Assembly (NCBI GenBank): GCA_951406725.2
Contig: OX597819.1
Coordinates: 92,194,001 to 92,258,000 of the forward strand
DNA length: 64,000 bases
Reading direction: 5' to 3'
Origin: Octopus vulgaris
Taxonomy: Eukaryota
In this document: positions 26,273 through 40,779 of the stretch, one piece after another
How positions within the stretch are numbered: the stretch's first letter is position 1
Layout of the letters: each line of letters begins with the position of its first letter
The notes under the pieces: model-generated
Databases searched by the model: none
Told to the model about the DNA's origin: nothing
Seen by the model: the letters and a program-made list of their open reading frames with translations, nothing else
Translations under genes and position numbers: made by a program

Positions 26273-27879
26273 GTGCCTTTTGTGTGACTGAAAGATGAAT
26301 CTTGCGACTTTTAACACTTTGAGTGACAATGGTGAAGCGCCTTCTTTGGCTCCTATTGGCAATATTTTTGTCTGTGGATTGAGTTACGTTATTCAGAATG
26401 CAGTCCTATGTATTGATTTGCGCATCTTCACCATGGGGTCCTCATATTCATCAGAATATTCTTGATTGTGACGCTTTCATGCATTTCATAATAAATGATC
26501 CACACCATTTCACACTATGTGATACGGGTTATTGGTTATATTCGTGTATAGAATTAACGAAATGCAACACTCCTCATGAGTTAAACATATTCGTAAAGCT
26601 TTAGTGAAGCAAATATAACATACATTTACTATAAATCTCAAAAGAAATTTTTACAAACTTTCAACTAATCTATGTCACGAGAATTGGAATTATTTATAGA
26701 GTAACGTTTCTGTCAGATTGATGCTACTTTATCCAGTTTATAACACATAGTGTAGTTCATTTGAGGTCATGGTAGATTATGCAAGTATTATCTGATTTCT
26801 GTGTGTCTGTCCGCTGGTCACATTTCTTGTATTGTATCTAGAGAGGTTATCAAATAATTATGTTATACAAATGTAATGATTAAATCAACGAATAAACATG
26901 GTTGTCTGAGTCAAAACCTACAACTTTATTCTTTTTCTTAAGGAAAAGAATCGAACGATAAATCAGATTACAAATTCTTGAGAAATAGCGACTTGCATTG
27001 CATTTCTGTCACCTATGGATAGACTGTTTACGTGATCATTTGACCTACTAGAAGAAGTAACCAAATACCTATCAGTCCATATCCTACCGTCTTAAAAAAT
27101 GAAAGGGCACCATAACGTGTCCTTAGTTACGTCTAAAAGTAGGGGTCGTCTCAGATCCTATGTTCTTGATCATAATTTTGCCAGATCATCGTGGACATGA
27201 AGCTAATCAACAACAGCAAATGCTCACACAGTTATGTATGACTATAAAAATGCCTTAGAAGAGTATGTCATGCAACTTAAGCTACGGGTTCGCAGTGTAA
27301 GAAGTCAATGAAATGAGAAAATCATATAGCAGATGAAAAGTGGGATGAAAGGGAAATTTTAATCTTTATTGTCTTACTGAGAACCATGACACTCTTTTGT
27401 ACAGGTGTGATCCATAATGATGGAGATTATTGTTTGATACCTGATGAACATTTGGTGATGCATTCCTATGATATGGGGAGTTCCACCCGTGATATTTATG
27501 TTAGTAGAGTGTGATTAGAGTATTCTTCTTGCCTGTTGGTGAGATTTCTAGCATGCCATGTATTTGTTGATGTGCTTTCAAATCTTCTAATAGAGAGGAA
27601 AGACAGTCCTATGACCCGTTTTAGATCTTCTGAGATTATTGGGCTGGAAAGAGGAAAGTATGTTTATAAACGGAAACCTAACTCGAATGTTAACAATAGG
27701 GCGGACTCCGTTAAGTACCTAAGACTCTAAGTGCTAGTGTTAGTAAAACCAGTCAACGGGTTACATATGTGCGGCTAATCATCCAACAATTCCTCCTGGT
27801 GCTTTGGAATAACGGAATCTTCTAACATTTATTTCTGTTGTAAGCAAAAGATCTGATATTTAAGAGGTTGGGAGTCTAG

Positions 27880-28250
27880 ATCCCAGTGCTCAACTGGTAC
27901 TTATTTTATCAATTTCGAAAGGATGAAAGGCAAAATTTTAACCTCACCGGAATTTGAACTCAGAATATAAAGCCAGAAAAAATATCACTAAATATCAATA
28001 AAGTGCTAACGAATCAGCCAACATACCACTTTTGAATCTCTTAATAATAGGTCCAACTTTTGGCACAGGGCCAGCATTTTTCTTTGAGGAGATTACGTCA
28101 ACTTCAGTGTCTGACTGGTACTTATTTTATCGACCACGAAAAGATGAAAGGCGAAGTGAACACCGGTAGAATTTCAAATCAGAAGAAATGCCGCTATCAA
28201 TTCTTCTCGTCGCGCAAACAATTCTTCTCGATCGCCACATTAGGAGTCTG
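27880..28250 (-). mobile_element. Two diverged SINE family B copies
   Basis: actggtacttattttatc...gatgaaaggc...gaattt occurs twice. Confidence 0.65.
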
Positions 28251-28469
28251 CTGGTAATAACAATCAGAATATTGTACAGCTTATTTAAGATGTTCTGATT
28301 GTAAACACTCAGAAAGAGAAAAAATTGGTCTTTGTCACACAATACAATAGAGAATGGACACTACAAATGGAGCTAATTGTGATGAAGAGCAGAGCTTCAT
28401 GTTCGATTCCAGATGGAATAATCTATATACTAACAAAATATTTCAGTCAGGAAGTAGGATTGCAATAAA

Positions 28470-28840
28470 AGGAATGACTGTGTAGTAAGAAGCTTGCTTT
28501 CCAACCAAACGCTTCCGTGTTCAATCCCACTGCGCGTCTTCTAATATAGCCTCGGGCCGACCAAATCCTTGTGAGTGGATTTGGTAGACGGAAACTAAAA
28601 GAAGCTCGTCGTATATATATGTATGCGTATGTGTATGTGTATTTGTGTGTCTGTTTGTCTTCCCACCATTACTTGACAACCGATGTTAGTGCGTTTACGT
28701 CCCCGTAACTTAGCGGTTCGGTAAAAGAGACTGATGAAATAAGTACTAGGCTTGCAAAGAATAAGTCCTTGGGTCGATTTGCTCGACTAAAGGAGGTGCT
28801 CCAGCATGGCCGCAGTCAAATGATTGAAATAAGTAAATGA
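28470..28840 (+). mobile_element. SINE family A
   Basis: gtgagtggatttggtagacggaaact...aataagtactaggctt...gctccagcatggccgcagtcaaatga. Confidence 0.85.
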
Positions 28841-29596
28841 AAGACAAAAAGGAATAAAAAAAAATTACGGTTTTCAATTGAAAATTATTAATAGTTTTCT
28901 TATTATAGCTGTTGTTTTAGTTGTATATATGAGATTAATTTCGTTATTATATTGTATGTTGTTCACGTATTTGCAAATGCAATTGATAATGCGCATGTGG
29001 CTAATGTATTTAGTTTATTAATATTACATGATTAACAAGTTAGATAGTGCTATATTTGTATTTTAGCATCAATATACGACTCATGGAATCTAGTCTGTGT
29101 TTTCTTTTCATTCGTTTTCTTTTCCTTTTTTCATTGTTTTTAACATTCATATTATGGATAATCTCTACATGCCTCCTCTGCATATATTCTTTATTTCTGT
29201 ATCTTCGTTTTGATATTTTGATATTTTTCAACCTTTTAGAAAGGTTATTTTTATTTTCAGTCCGAGGGAGTTATGCAGCACCTGTGGCCCAGTTCAAGTT
29301 TTATGTGAAAAACGCATAAAAGGAAGATGTCTCTAACATATTGCAGGTCTCGTAGAACACGTGCAGACCAGAGTATGTCTTCTAATCATTGAAATTGTTA
29401 CTTTGATTTTCCGGCAATATTTCATAATGCTAGCCTAATTTCTAGGTCACACAAGTCCCATATGTCCGTGTATATATATGGATTCCCTCTTGACTAAGGC
29501 TGGAGAGGCAGAAAAAATGAGCTTAATTATTCATTTCACCCTTTCACATAGTCTATACTTAGAAGGAGTGGCCGTGTGGTAAGTAGCTTGCATACC

Positions 29597-31140
29597 CAGA
29601 ATGCAACACTAGTCGGTCTGGACTGTTACAGTGAGCAGATGTGAGTTTCGGCTCTGTGAACAGAAAAAAAGAACAAAAATAAAAATTGTCAATTATGGCT
29701 CGCTATAGCGAGCAACATACTGCGTTCTCATCACCGTAACGGTGAATTGAGAATTTTTACTTGAGAATTCTTCTTGTGAATTCTAGTGGGCGTATCTCGC
29801 CAGAAAAATAAGAATAAGCCATTTGGATTACCCTTTTGGATTACCTTTTTGGAGTATTATACAAAGGATTCCCTGTCTGTGCTATTTGTGATGTTTCTCT
29901 TTTACTTTTCCCTTCTATTTTTCTTTCTTTCTAAATTTTGGTTCATTCTTTTCATTACTTTTATTTCAGTTTCCTCCCCTCCTCTTTTATTTTGTTTTAT
30001 TTTTATTCGATTTAATTTTTTGGCAGACTGTCTTTTGAACTACTTTTGAACTGTTTTTTGACATGGCAGAGAAGGAACTTAAAAAGAAAAACTCTGTCTT
30101 AGAGTGGGAAATTAACCCGCCTAAGCAGTGGTTAAAAGATATGGAGGAGAAGACGATGGTACTTAGAACGTATTCTAAAGTTCTTAATTCCATCACCGTC
30201 TTCCCAAAACAAGTCATAAAAAATGAACTTAAAGAACATTTGTCCTCTGTAAAATGTATATCCCGTGGTGTCAAACATGCAACCGTATAGTTGCTGTTTG
30301 ACAACGGGGAAAAGGCTCGCCAGTTTGCGAGTCAGCCTTTAGAAGGCAAGGAAATTCTGTGTCTCCCGTCATATTGTGGAAGAAAATTAATACGAGCCTG
30401 GGTATGTTGGCTGCCCCCGGGCACCGAAGCGGATTGGATTGAAGTTACCATCCGACGGGGACTGGGGGATGGCGGGCCCAGGCTCTTAAATGTAAGGGTA
30501 TTGCCGGCGGTCGATTGGGAAGGGTCAAAAGCGATTTTGACCCTGTGGACCCCATCGGCCGCAACAGAACTGGTTTTTCCAGATTTCTTGAAAATGGCTG
30601 GCTGCAGGTATCCGGTGATACTTGACGTCCCCCAAAGTGTCACTCGTGCCTGCAGCCAGGCCACATTAAAAGGAACTGCCCCCAGGACCATGGTAAGGTC
30701 CTGGAACAGTCACTAGATGCCACCTCCATTACCCGGTCAAAGGGAGAGGTGGATGTGGTCGAGGAGGCTTCGGCCTCCTCAACTCAAAAAGGATTAAAAA
30801 GGAAGAAGGCGGGCAACAATAATTGCCCGCCGAAGGAACCTAAGGCTTCGGGAGGCGGGGGAGAGTCTCCGGGCAAAGCGGAAGAGCTCCACTCTCCCGA
30901 AGCCAGGAAGAAAAGAAAAAAAGAAGGAAGAAGAACGGGTCATCTCAGCGGGGAGATGATGTGCCGACTGCATGTCCCGAAGTTGTGCCACCCACGGTGG
31001 AAGAAACCACCCCGGCCATTAAAGATGATCAATTAATTATCTTTTTCTACTACATGTCTAAATACAAGGACAGAGCTTTTCGGATCATGCTCACATGTGA
31101 CTAAATTTCTGTTACGTTTTTGGTCCCCTAAAGAAAACAG
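29597..31140 (+). mobile_element. 5' part of an L1/Tx1-like non-LTR element (5' UTR + ORF1), no ORF2
   Basis: Begins abruptly after a 33-nt SINE-A head (29564-29596); pyrimidine-rich leader; GC-rich gag-like ORF. The boundaries are approximate. Confidence 0.55.
30063..31036 (+). pseudogene. Gag-like ORF1 with CCHC zinc knuckle (one stop, one frameshift)
   Basis: ORFs 30063..30290 and 30291..30716 are in frame across a TAG. A frameshift near 30627 gives PKCHSCLQPGHIKRNCP (C-x2-C-x4-H-x4-C, 30638-30679), which runs on into ORF 30749..31036 (basic, low-complexity tail). Confidence 0.75.
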
Positions 31141-31422
31141 ATAGAACATGCTTTCTATGTTATGTCCCAAGAAGAATTTATATATTTTTCATATATTTTT
31201 ATATATTTTTTATGTATGTTTATATAATTTTTATAACGAAAAATGCGAGCGATGTATAAGTACGCAGGCAAGCAGAGTTATAACAGAGTAATTTCCCTTT
31301 ATTTAACGGTATTGTTTTATAACGTTTTCAAATAGCCAGATAACCGAAGAGATGGTGTTGTGGATTTCCACTTCGGCATCTGAAACTCAGAGTTTTATCT
31401 TGACTACCGAGTAATGTAACAT

Positions 31423-31712
<290 letters not shown>

Positions 31713-32040
31713 TGCATTTTATTTCATCGTATACTGTCTGGGTGTTTCTGAAGAGACTACTTCGATACTTCAAGAATTCTTCACTTTCAGCTCTTCATTT
31801 CTCAGTCACTATTGCAATTCCCACTTTGTTTTCTTTTCAGGTATTGGCTATGTAGGAACTTTTCTTGCCATCATTTTTGCTGTTTTGCTAAGATTTCAAC
31901 TTTTTCACAATTTCTGTCGCTCCTTTCTTCTGATATCTGTCATTCATTTCATAATACATTTTGTATATATTGCCTTCTATGACAGCAGAAAATAGATATT
32001 TTTCCTTTTGCATTTTGTTGCCCTTTGTATTACTTTTCCT

Positions 32041-32446
32041 AGGAGTGGCTGTGTGGTAAGTAGCTTGTTTACCAACCACATGGTTCCGGGTTCAGTCCCA
32101 CTGCGTGGCACCTTGGGCAAGTGTCTTCTACTATAGCCTCGGGCCGACCAAAGCCTTGTGAGTGGATTTGGTAGACGGAAACTGAAAGAAGCCCGTCGTA
32201 TATATGTATATATATATATATATGCGTGTGTGTGTTTGTGTGTCTGTGATTGTCTCCCTAGCATTGCTTGATGCTGGTGTGTTTATGTCCCCGTTTCTTA
32301 GCGGTTCGGCAAAAGAGACCGATAGAATAAGTACTGGGCTTACAAAAGAATAAGTCCCGGGGTCGAGTTGCTCGATTTAAGGCGGTGCTCCAGCATGGCC
32401 GCAGTCTAATGACTGAAACAAGTAAAAGAGTAAAAGAGTAAAAGAG
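32041..32446 (+). mobile_element. tRNA-derived SINE, family A (full length, near consensus)
   Basis: A box tggctgtgtggt, B box ggttcagtccc, central ccttgggcaagt domain, internal TA/TG microsatellite, (taaaagag)n tail. Confidence 0.92.
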
Positions 32447-32527
32447 AGTATTTAGGCCTACAACTAATATTTTGATAGCTTTATATCACTACAAGGACCA
32501 TAACTTCTTGCTGAATATATTCATGGT

Positions 32528-32644
<117 letters not shown>

Positions 32645-32769
32645 CGACGTGTTTCTTTTAGTTTCCGTCTACTAAATCCAGGTCTATAGTAGAAGACATT
32701 TGTCGAACGTGACAAGCTGTGGGGACGAACCCAGAACTATGTTGTTGGGCAGCAAACGTCTTAACACGA

Positions 32770-34072
32770 AACGATGTCGAACCAGAAGTTTTGGATTTTT
32801 ATCATTTCCTGGATCGAAACATTTTGCTTTTTGTTGCTTTTTTGTGGCAATTGCATAAGTACAGCCTTCTCCGATTGGTCAACCGTTGGGCTCATTGTTT
32901 TGAACAATATCATCCAATATGATTCCTTCGTTGTCCTTATCTCAATGCAGAATACCTCCATTTTCCTTCCTGTAGTTGCTGCATTGATTTCTATTTTATT
33001 TTTCTATAGTTCTTGATAAAATATTTTCAAGCTGTAGCGGATGTATTCACTCCGTTCAACAGATTCTTTTGGGTTTAGTAAAGATTTTATGCCTTCTTTG
33101 ATATCAGAAACTTCGTTGTATTATATACCTGTAGTATTTGTCGCCCAAATTTCTTTTCTTCAGATGAGTCATTTCTTTCTCATTGCATTCATTCAAGATT
33201 GAGAGATCTTTTCCCTGATTTTTAATTTTCCCAACATGTTAATTACTTTTTTCTAATTTAATGCTCCAATACGAATAGCTGCAACGAACTATCTACTTTA
33301 CATTTCCTCAACTGATGCTATTTCATCGTCAAATTTCATGCTTGCGAGGTACATTGCGAGGTACATTTGTCGGAAAGTGTTCTATTGTTTAAATTTTTCA
33401 ATTATTTCTTCTTTTAGATTGTAAGAGAAACTTTCTTCGTAAATATCTCTTATATCTTCTTTCATTTATATATTTGACTGTGTTGTTCTGATTTTGTTGT
33501 TCGCTATTTTAGAGCTGTTTCAGAGTGTTTCTTCTTCTTCTTCTTCTTCTTCTTCTTCTTCTTCTTCTTCTTCTTCTTCTTCTTCTTCTTCTTCTTCTTC
33601 TTCTTCTTCTTCTTCTTCTTCTTCTTCTTCTTCTTTTGAATTTTTCTTCTATTAATTTCCTTTCCATTTCTTCCCCAGTATATCCCCGATACCTAAGGCA
33701 AAAAATTCGCTGTATACATTGAAGGGCCATTGTTCATTTACAAAGTTAAGTTATGTAATAGAAAAAAAGAAAAAAACAAGAAAAAGAGAAAAGGAAGAAG
33801 AACAAATTTACAAAGGTTGCGATCGTTCTCACAGCGACAATACTCTTCTCAGTACGTGTGACGTACAAGTTAAAACAATCTTTTGCACTCCTTGCAGGGA
33901 CGGTAAGCCAGGGATCATACCCAAGTGATTTTGAATTTCCCTTTTTATCATTTCAAGTGCTCCTTGGTATTTTAATCGCATTGACATGCTATATTTTTTC
34001 GATTCTAACGAGTAAATCTTTATATTTTCTGAGGTTGTCAAATTCATTTGCCGTGATATTATAATCTCAAGG

Positions 34073-34152
<80 letters not shown>

Positions 34153-35370
34153 AGTTGTTGTTGTTGTTCTTGTTTTGCTTTTACATGGTACATTGTAAGC
34201 GGCTTGATTATGTTTCCTTTCAGAACACATCTCGTGGCATATGATGAAAAGCTTTTGTGTCCACTTCCATATGTTGTTTATGCTGTTCAAATCTGTCATT
34301 ACTTTGTATCGAGGTTTTATCAGATAATTCCTGCTGAACCAACTGCATTGCACCCACTCGCCAATTAAGATCTAGATTTCCATAGGTTATTTTCAAATTT
34401 TTCAACACGCTCCCCAAGGCCCCCGCTAATAACTGGCAGGATCACGACCTCGTTAACGTCTTTGTTACAACTTTTCAGAATTTCATACCGCATGTAGATA
34501 TAATACACTGCTTCTTTTCTTTTCCCTTCTCTTGATTCTAGTAACAATTTGTCATGCCATGTCAATTATAAAACACATTTTTGATGTTATCAACGACTAT
34601 ATCCGGCTTGTTCGCTGATCTCATTTCGATTTCTATAGGAAACTCTTCTAACAACTCCACTTATCGTTTTCAAGGATATTCATTTCTATTCTTAGAAAAT
34701 AATTATTGCTCTTTTCAGCACTTGTAAAACTGAATCCCATGTAAGAACTCCAGTGTATTATTGCAGCAACCTTATCATGCCAACAGTTTTTCAACTCATG
34801 TGGAATAAAACATGGGCATCCTGATAAAATGTGAGCTATCATCGCATCATTATCGCCACGCATTCAACATTTTGATGAACATGCTTACTAGTTATCATTT
34901 TTTTCATCACTTTTACCCTTAGACCTGGTTGCTGTTCTGCTGAAATCATCCTTACACCTTTCTGTAAACAAAACCAAAATTCCTTATGTTTAAAATTTTC
35001 GCTATGAAAAATACTGAATAAAGTTACTTCCTTCTACGTTTGACTCTAACACTTTTTTTTTCTATTGTCTTTTTCGTTTTGAGGTCTGCAAACTCTGTAA
35101 TAGTCCTCTATTCATCACCTTCTTAAGATGAAGTTCTTTCTCTCCTAGATATGATCTTAGACTTGTTCTCTCCACTTCTGTACCCTGTTCAATGTTCATT
35201 AATACCTTTCATTCCACTCTTCCTTCTCAGTTATAAACGGTTCACATCTAACTGGAGATGCATGCATTTATGCAATGTCACCTATTTTCTATTCTTCCTG
35301 TCTACGCCCTTCACTTCATCCTTCACTAATTTCCACTTCATACATTATGAAATATACTGCTCTGACGTTG
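32770..35370 (-). pseudogene. Several degraded fragments of REL-endonuclease LINEs (R4/Dong-like)
   Basis: IAHILSGCP...WHDKVAAIIHW (CCHC region), ANKPDIVVD (PD motif), VVILPVISGGLG, and a C-terminal IPGLPSLQGVQKIVLTCTSHVLRRVL. Interrupted by (CTT)n at 33531-33635 and (ACT)n at 34073-34152. Confidence 0.75.
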
Positions 35371-35400
35371 AGTGTATGTAGAGTATTCTTTTGCTTAGCT

Positions 35401-35990
35401 TAAGGCAGCGAGCTGGCAGAATTGTTAGCATGCCGGCCAAAATGCTTAGTGGTATTTCGTCTGTCTAATCGACTAGCCCCAAATTTCAGGCCTTGTGCCT
35501 AGAGGAGAGAAGGTAATTTTGCTTAGCTCAAGACGGCGAGCTGGCAGAACTGTTAGCACGCTGGATGGAATGCTTTGCGGTATTTCGCCCGTCGCTAAGT
35601 TCTGAGTTCAAATTCTGCCGAGGTCAACTTTGTCTTTCATCCTTTCGGGGTAGATGAACTAAGTACCAGTTGCATAGTAGGGTCGAGGTAATCGACTGAT
35701 CCCTCCCCCGAACTCGCTGTCCTTGTGCCAAAATTTGAAAACATTATTATTATTAAACATTATTATTATTAAAGAGGTTGACTTTGTCTTTCATCATCTC
35801 GAAGTCGATAACATAACTACCAGTTGAGTGCTGGAGCCGATCTAATCGACTTTTACCCTTTCCCGAAATTGGTGGCCTTGGGCCAAAATTTGAAACAATT
35901 ATTATCATCATTAAGGCAGCGTGCAAACAGAATCATTAGCACGTATGACAAAACACTTAGCGACATTTCTTACAGTTTTTTCAATTCTAA
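35401..35990 (+). mobile_element. Cluster of 3-4 head-to-tail SINE family B copies/fragments
   Basis: aaggcagcgagctggcagaa at 35402, aagacggcgagctggcagaa at 35530, a 3' fragment at 35770 and aaggcagcgtgcaaacagaa at 35933. Confidence 0.8.
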
Positions 35991-36189
35991 TTTCGAATAC
36001 TACCAATGTTAATCATGCCTTTTCCTTTTTGCACGATCGAGGATGGATAATATAAAGGTTGTTGCGAACCTTCACACTCTGTGTTCAAATCCGTTTCTAG
36101 GCTGATAATATAAAAGTTCTGGTTTCGAAATGACCGTCTGTTCCAACTCGCTTAATTTCCCGGTTTTGTATCTCTTCAGGACAGTGTTA

Positions 36190-36640
36190 GTAGACTGCCG
36201 GGGTACTATCTTGAAAGTATTTGTTTTTTAGTCAATAAATTGTTCACAGTACTTATGTTTTTAAAAGTCTGGGACTTAGTCTATCGATCTCTTAGGCCAA
36301 ACTGCTACTTACTGAGACGTAGACCAAAACCTATTGTGAAACGGTGGCGGGGGAACAACAGGCTCTAATTCGCACACGCATACACACTCACACACACTCA
36401 CACACAGACACACATACTCTCTATCTCTCGCACACATACACACTCACATACATACACACATACTCTCTCTCTTTCTCTCTCTCTCACACACACACGTATA
36501 TATACGACATTCTCCTTTCAGTTTCCGTCTACCAAATCTCACAAGTTTTCAGTCAGCCCAAGGTTATCGTAGAAGGCACTTGCTTAAGGTGCCACGCACT
36601 GGAATTGAATCTGAAACCATTAGATTGGGAAGCAAACTTC
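36190..36640 (-). mobile_element. SINE family A (diverged)
   Basis: ctttcagtttccgtctaccaaatc...gtagaaggcacttgcttaaggtgccacgca. Confidence 0.7.
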
Positions 36641-37675
36641 TATGATATTTCGGAACTTTACTTCCTAGCATCATAATTATAAATAATTAGGTTAGATGTT
36701 CTAAGGCATATGCAAAGTTAATTACTTGTTAACCCCCAATGGAAACCTCATCAGTTTTATGTGTATTAATAGCACTGCAGTTGTTGATGTTGATGTTGGT
36801 GAGGATGATGATGATGATGATGAGGAGGATGAGGATGATGATGATGATGATAACGATGAGGATGATGGCAATAAGGAAAAATAAGAACAAATGTGAGGAG
36901 GACGAAGATGAGTATGAAATTAGGAGTTTAAAAAGGCGACTTTATTCCGTCAAATCCCTTCCGAACTACGAAGGTGCGTTTGTGTCTATAAATACAATTT
37001 GAAAGGTGATAAAGAAATAATTATATTGCTCATTAATTTGCATTTAACAAAGTGGTAGGATGGTAGAAAGAGAGAGAGAGAGAGAGAGAGAAGGGCACCT
37101 GCACATCAAACACACACACGTATATATATCTATATATATATGTGTGTGTGTGGGTGTATACATGTATCTATGTATGTGTGTGCGTGTATGTACCATCGTT
37201 ATGTACGAAATTCTTTGGTATTATTAAATGAGCCATTTCCGTCGTTGTTTACACTTTGCCATCCATTTGTTTTATTTTGAAAATCCAGAAGAAAGTTCAA
37301 CGTGAAGAAAGAAGCAGAATAAGTGAGAAAATAAAAGAGAGCTGCAGCGAGAAATTTTCCAGTGTGATACTGAAAATGGTTCTGTGATATTCAATAAACA
37401 CTCTGTCTAATTGTTTACACTTCGATATATTTTAGTTCAAAATTAATAAATAAATACCATGTCCAACTGAAAGAAGACAAAATATTAAATAAAAGAAAAC
37501 CCCAGCAAGCACCGAGATTATATATTTTGTAAATGAAACAGCGAAAGCCAGGAGGAAGAGGGAGAGGTAGCAAGATAGAAATTGTTAGGGAGTGAAAGAG
37601 ATTCAAGTAGGCGAAAAAATGACAAACGACAAAAGATAAATACTGCATGCATGCATACATACATACATACATACA

Positions 37676-37708
<33 letters not shown>

Positions 37709-38537
37709 GGTGGCTGCCCCCTTGTTATCGAGTGTGGCCATTGCACGAAGCTTAATCAATGTTGTTATCGTGCAAAGCCTGTGCAAGAAGATTTTTTTTA
37801 AAGCGAGGAAGGGCTGTGCACTGAGTCAATCCCACTCACTAAGCAACAGCAGCCATAATCCGAAAAGAAGAACAAGTCAACATCATCGGTAACCACTGAG
37901 CCGCAGGTTTTATGTCGAATTATCCCAGTTACCCGATCGCGCAGTTAAACCATTGGGAGTGAATGACTCCTAGCGTTTGTTAGGGCATCCTTCTAGATGA
38001 AGGTAACATGCATGCATACATACATACATACAGACATACATACATACACACACAAGTATGTATGTGTGGATAACAACCCTGTTTCGATAATTAGTTCGTT
38101 CCTAAATCATATGCTTTTAGATTCAGCTCCAATATATAGCATATGCGGCAAGTGTCTACACTATACACCCGGGCCAACCAATGACTTGTGAACGAATTGT
38201 ATGCATGAATGCATGTGTGTGTGTGTATGTATGTATGTATGTATGTATGTATGTATGTATGTATGTATGTATGTATGTATGTACGTATACAGCTTTATTT
38301 CTTTAAATTGTTTCAGCTTCAAAGGTGTGGTCGTGCTGGGGCACCACCGCTGATCCTATGTATGTACGTATGTATGTATATATGTATATATATATATATA
38401 TACAATACAGATAAAGGGTGAAATATAGTTAATTTAATAAAATCAACAAATTTCACCAAGTAGTTCAAATTTCACCAAGTAGTTCAAGGACCATATTCGG
38501 TAAAATTATATATAATTATAACAATGACCCTCATTGT

Positions 38538-38617
<80 letters not shown>

Positions 38618-38631
38618 CATTATTATGTATG

Positions 38632-38934
38632 AGACGCAGTTGCGCGAGAGACCAACAAAACTCTTTGTAACACCAAAAACGAACTGAAGAAAAGGATTAT
38701 GGCAGTATTCACCAGCTTAAACAAAGAGATCATCCAGAAGAGTTGCAGGAGATTCCGAAGTTGTCTGGAGGCCGTGGTTGAAGCGAATAGCGATTTTATT
38801 GAACAAATTTACTATCTAATTTATTATTTCAAGATATTGTTTTGTAATTTTGGTAAATATACCTGTTAAAATGAGATTTCAGTGTTATTTTCCTTTTAGC
38901 GTAATTTAGACGGCAATATATTCACTGCACCCTG
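38632..38934 (+). mobile_element. 3' fragment of a Tc1/mariner-superfamily DNA transposon
   Basis: Translation RETNKTLCNTKNELKKRIMAVFTSLNKEIIQKSCRRFRSCLEAVVEANSDFIE is typical of the transposase C-terminus; it ends in TIR-like gcaccctg. Confidence 0.75.
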
Positions 38935-39068
38935 TGTATGCACATACAAACTCTCTTATACACACGCATAAGCACCTTCGTTTTGGGATCACCACCACTT
39001 TGTTATCTCCCCTCCTCCCTAGCTCTCCTGTGTGACCCTTCTGTCCGGCCTTCGCCATGATAGATCAC

Positions 39069-39239
39069 TAGCCACTACACATTCTCTATTTTCTCTCCTT
39101 GTTTCTTTCTGTGTTCCTTTCTGTGGAAGACCATAGGCTCGAAACGTTAAAGACTTTTTCCCTTCCCGACCGTTATACTAATACACCTGTTTGTTGTCTA
39201 CACCACCTGTCTTCATCTTTCGTTTTTTGTGACTTTTCC

Positions 39240-39241
<2 letters not shown>
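39069..39241 (+). mobile_element. Second copy of the short element with the CUGUGGA hammerhead variant (39117-39152)
   Basis: Homologous to 7161-7329; followed by (TA)n. Confidence 0.7.
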
Positions 39242-39294
<53 letters not shown>

Positions 39295-40098
39295 TATATA
39301 TATATAGTGAGAGAGAAAGAGCGAGAGAGAGAGAGAGAGAGAGGGGGGAAGAGAGTGTGAGAGAGAAAGAGATAACTAGATAGATATATAGATATACATC
39401 AAATAGTAGTGTATATTTATTCTTATAATTTGGTCCGGTGAATGTTCTTGGTGTTCTTTGCGGGTGGAGGAGAGGTAACAAACATGAGAATTTTGGAAAG
39501 AAACAAAATAAAAATTTCTTTAACAGCCTAATTACTTAAATGCTCTAAATACTTCCAACACTTCGCAAGGTTAAAAAAAAAAACAGTTGAAGAATTAGCT
39601 TTGAAATGAAAACACAAAATGCTAAAAGAAGAAATGCATCCAAGCAGAAGCCGTTTCAAGTTTTTGTAGTTGTTTATTTTCTTGAAATTAGTGAGATGTC
39701 GCTGTAATTTTTGTGTTGAATACTTGATTATTCTTTGATTAGACTATTATTATTTTGTTTCATGTTTTTTTTGTCTCTTTTAATCATTAATTTTATATTT
39801 TATTTTATTTTATTTCTCTACTTTCACGTCTCAAAATCTTTTAATATACTTCGTCATTTCAGCATCATTTCTCAGTATACTTTGCATAATCTATTGAACA
39901 TAGAACCGTACGTTGTTATGATTCAAATGATATTTTACGATATATAATAGCTCAAAGAGGCTGTATGACTATGAAGCTCAAAGTTTCAGATTCAGACCAC
40001 TACACGGCTCTTTGGACAAGTGCCTATTGCTATAGCTCCGGGCAGACCCATGCCTTCGGATTGAAATTGGTAGGCGGAAACTATAAGGGAGAATCGTC

Positions 40099-40129
<31 letters not shown>

Positions 40130-40168
40130 CGTATGAAATATGTATGTATGTACGTACGTGTGTATTTG

Positions 40169-40555
40169 TTTTACTTGTTTCAGTCATTTGACTGCGGCCA
40201 TGCTGGAGCACCGCCTTTAGTCGAGCAAATCGACCTCAGGACTTATTTTTTGTAAGCCTAGTACTTACTATATTGGGCTTTTTTGCCGAACCGCTAAGTT
40301 ACGGGGTCGTAAACACACCAGCATCGGTTGTCAAGCGATGTTTGGAGAACAAACGCCGATACACAAACACACACACACATATATACATATACATGTATTC
40401 GATGGGCTTCTTTCAGTTTCCGTCACCATATTCAAACTCACATGGCTTTGGTCGGCCCGAGACTATAATAGAAGACACTTGCCCAAGGTGTCACGCAGTG
40501 GGACTGAACCCGGAACCATGTGGTTCGTAAGCAAGCTACTTACCACACAACCACT
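40169..40555 (-). mobile_element. SINE family A
   Basis: Reverse complement of 32041-32446. Confidence 0.88.
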
Positions 40556-40779
40556 ACTATATTTGTATGATTTTTCTTTGAATTTTAAGTAAGTTCTTCT
40601 CGAGAGAGTTCAAGTCGGTCGCTAACAAAGTGAAAAGACTTTTTGACTTAAGAGAGTTCCTTGAGCTTGTAAATATGTGGTTGAGTTGGTGTGTTGGCTG
40701 AACTGCCGAGGAATACACTGAAGTGTGTGCATTTATTCACAATAGAATCTCGGATGAAGAATACTTGGAATGTCTTACA

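Noticed and set aside
32041-32110. tRNA genes at SINE heads (also 24919, 35530 and others)
   Set aside because: A/B boxes are present but there is no complete cloverleaf, and each continues into a shared SINE body.
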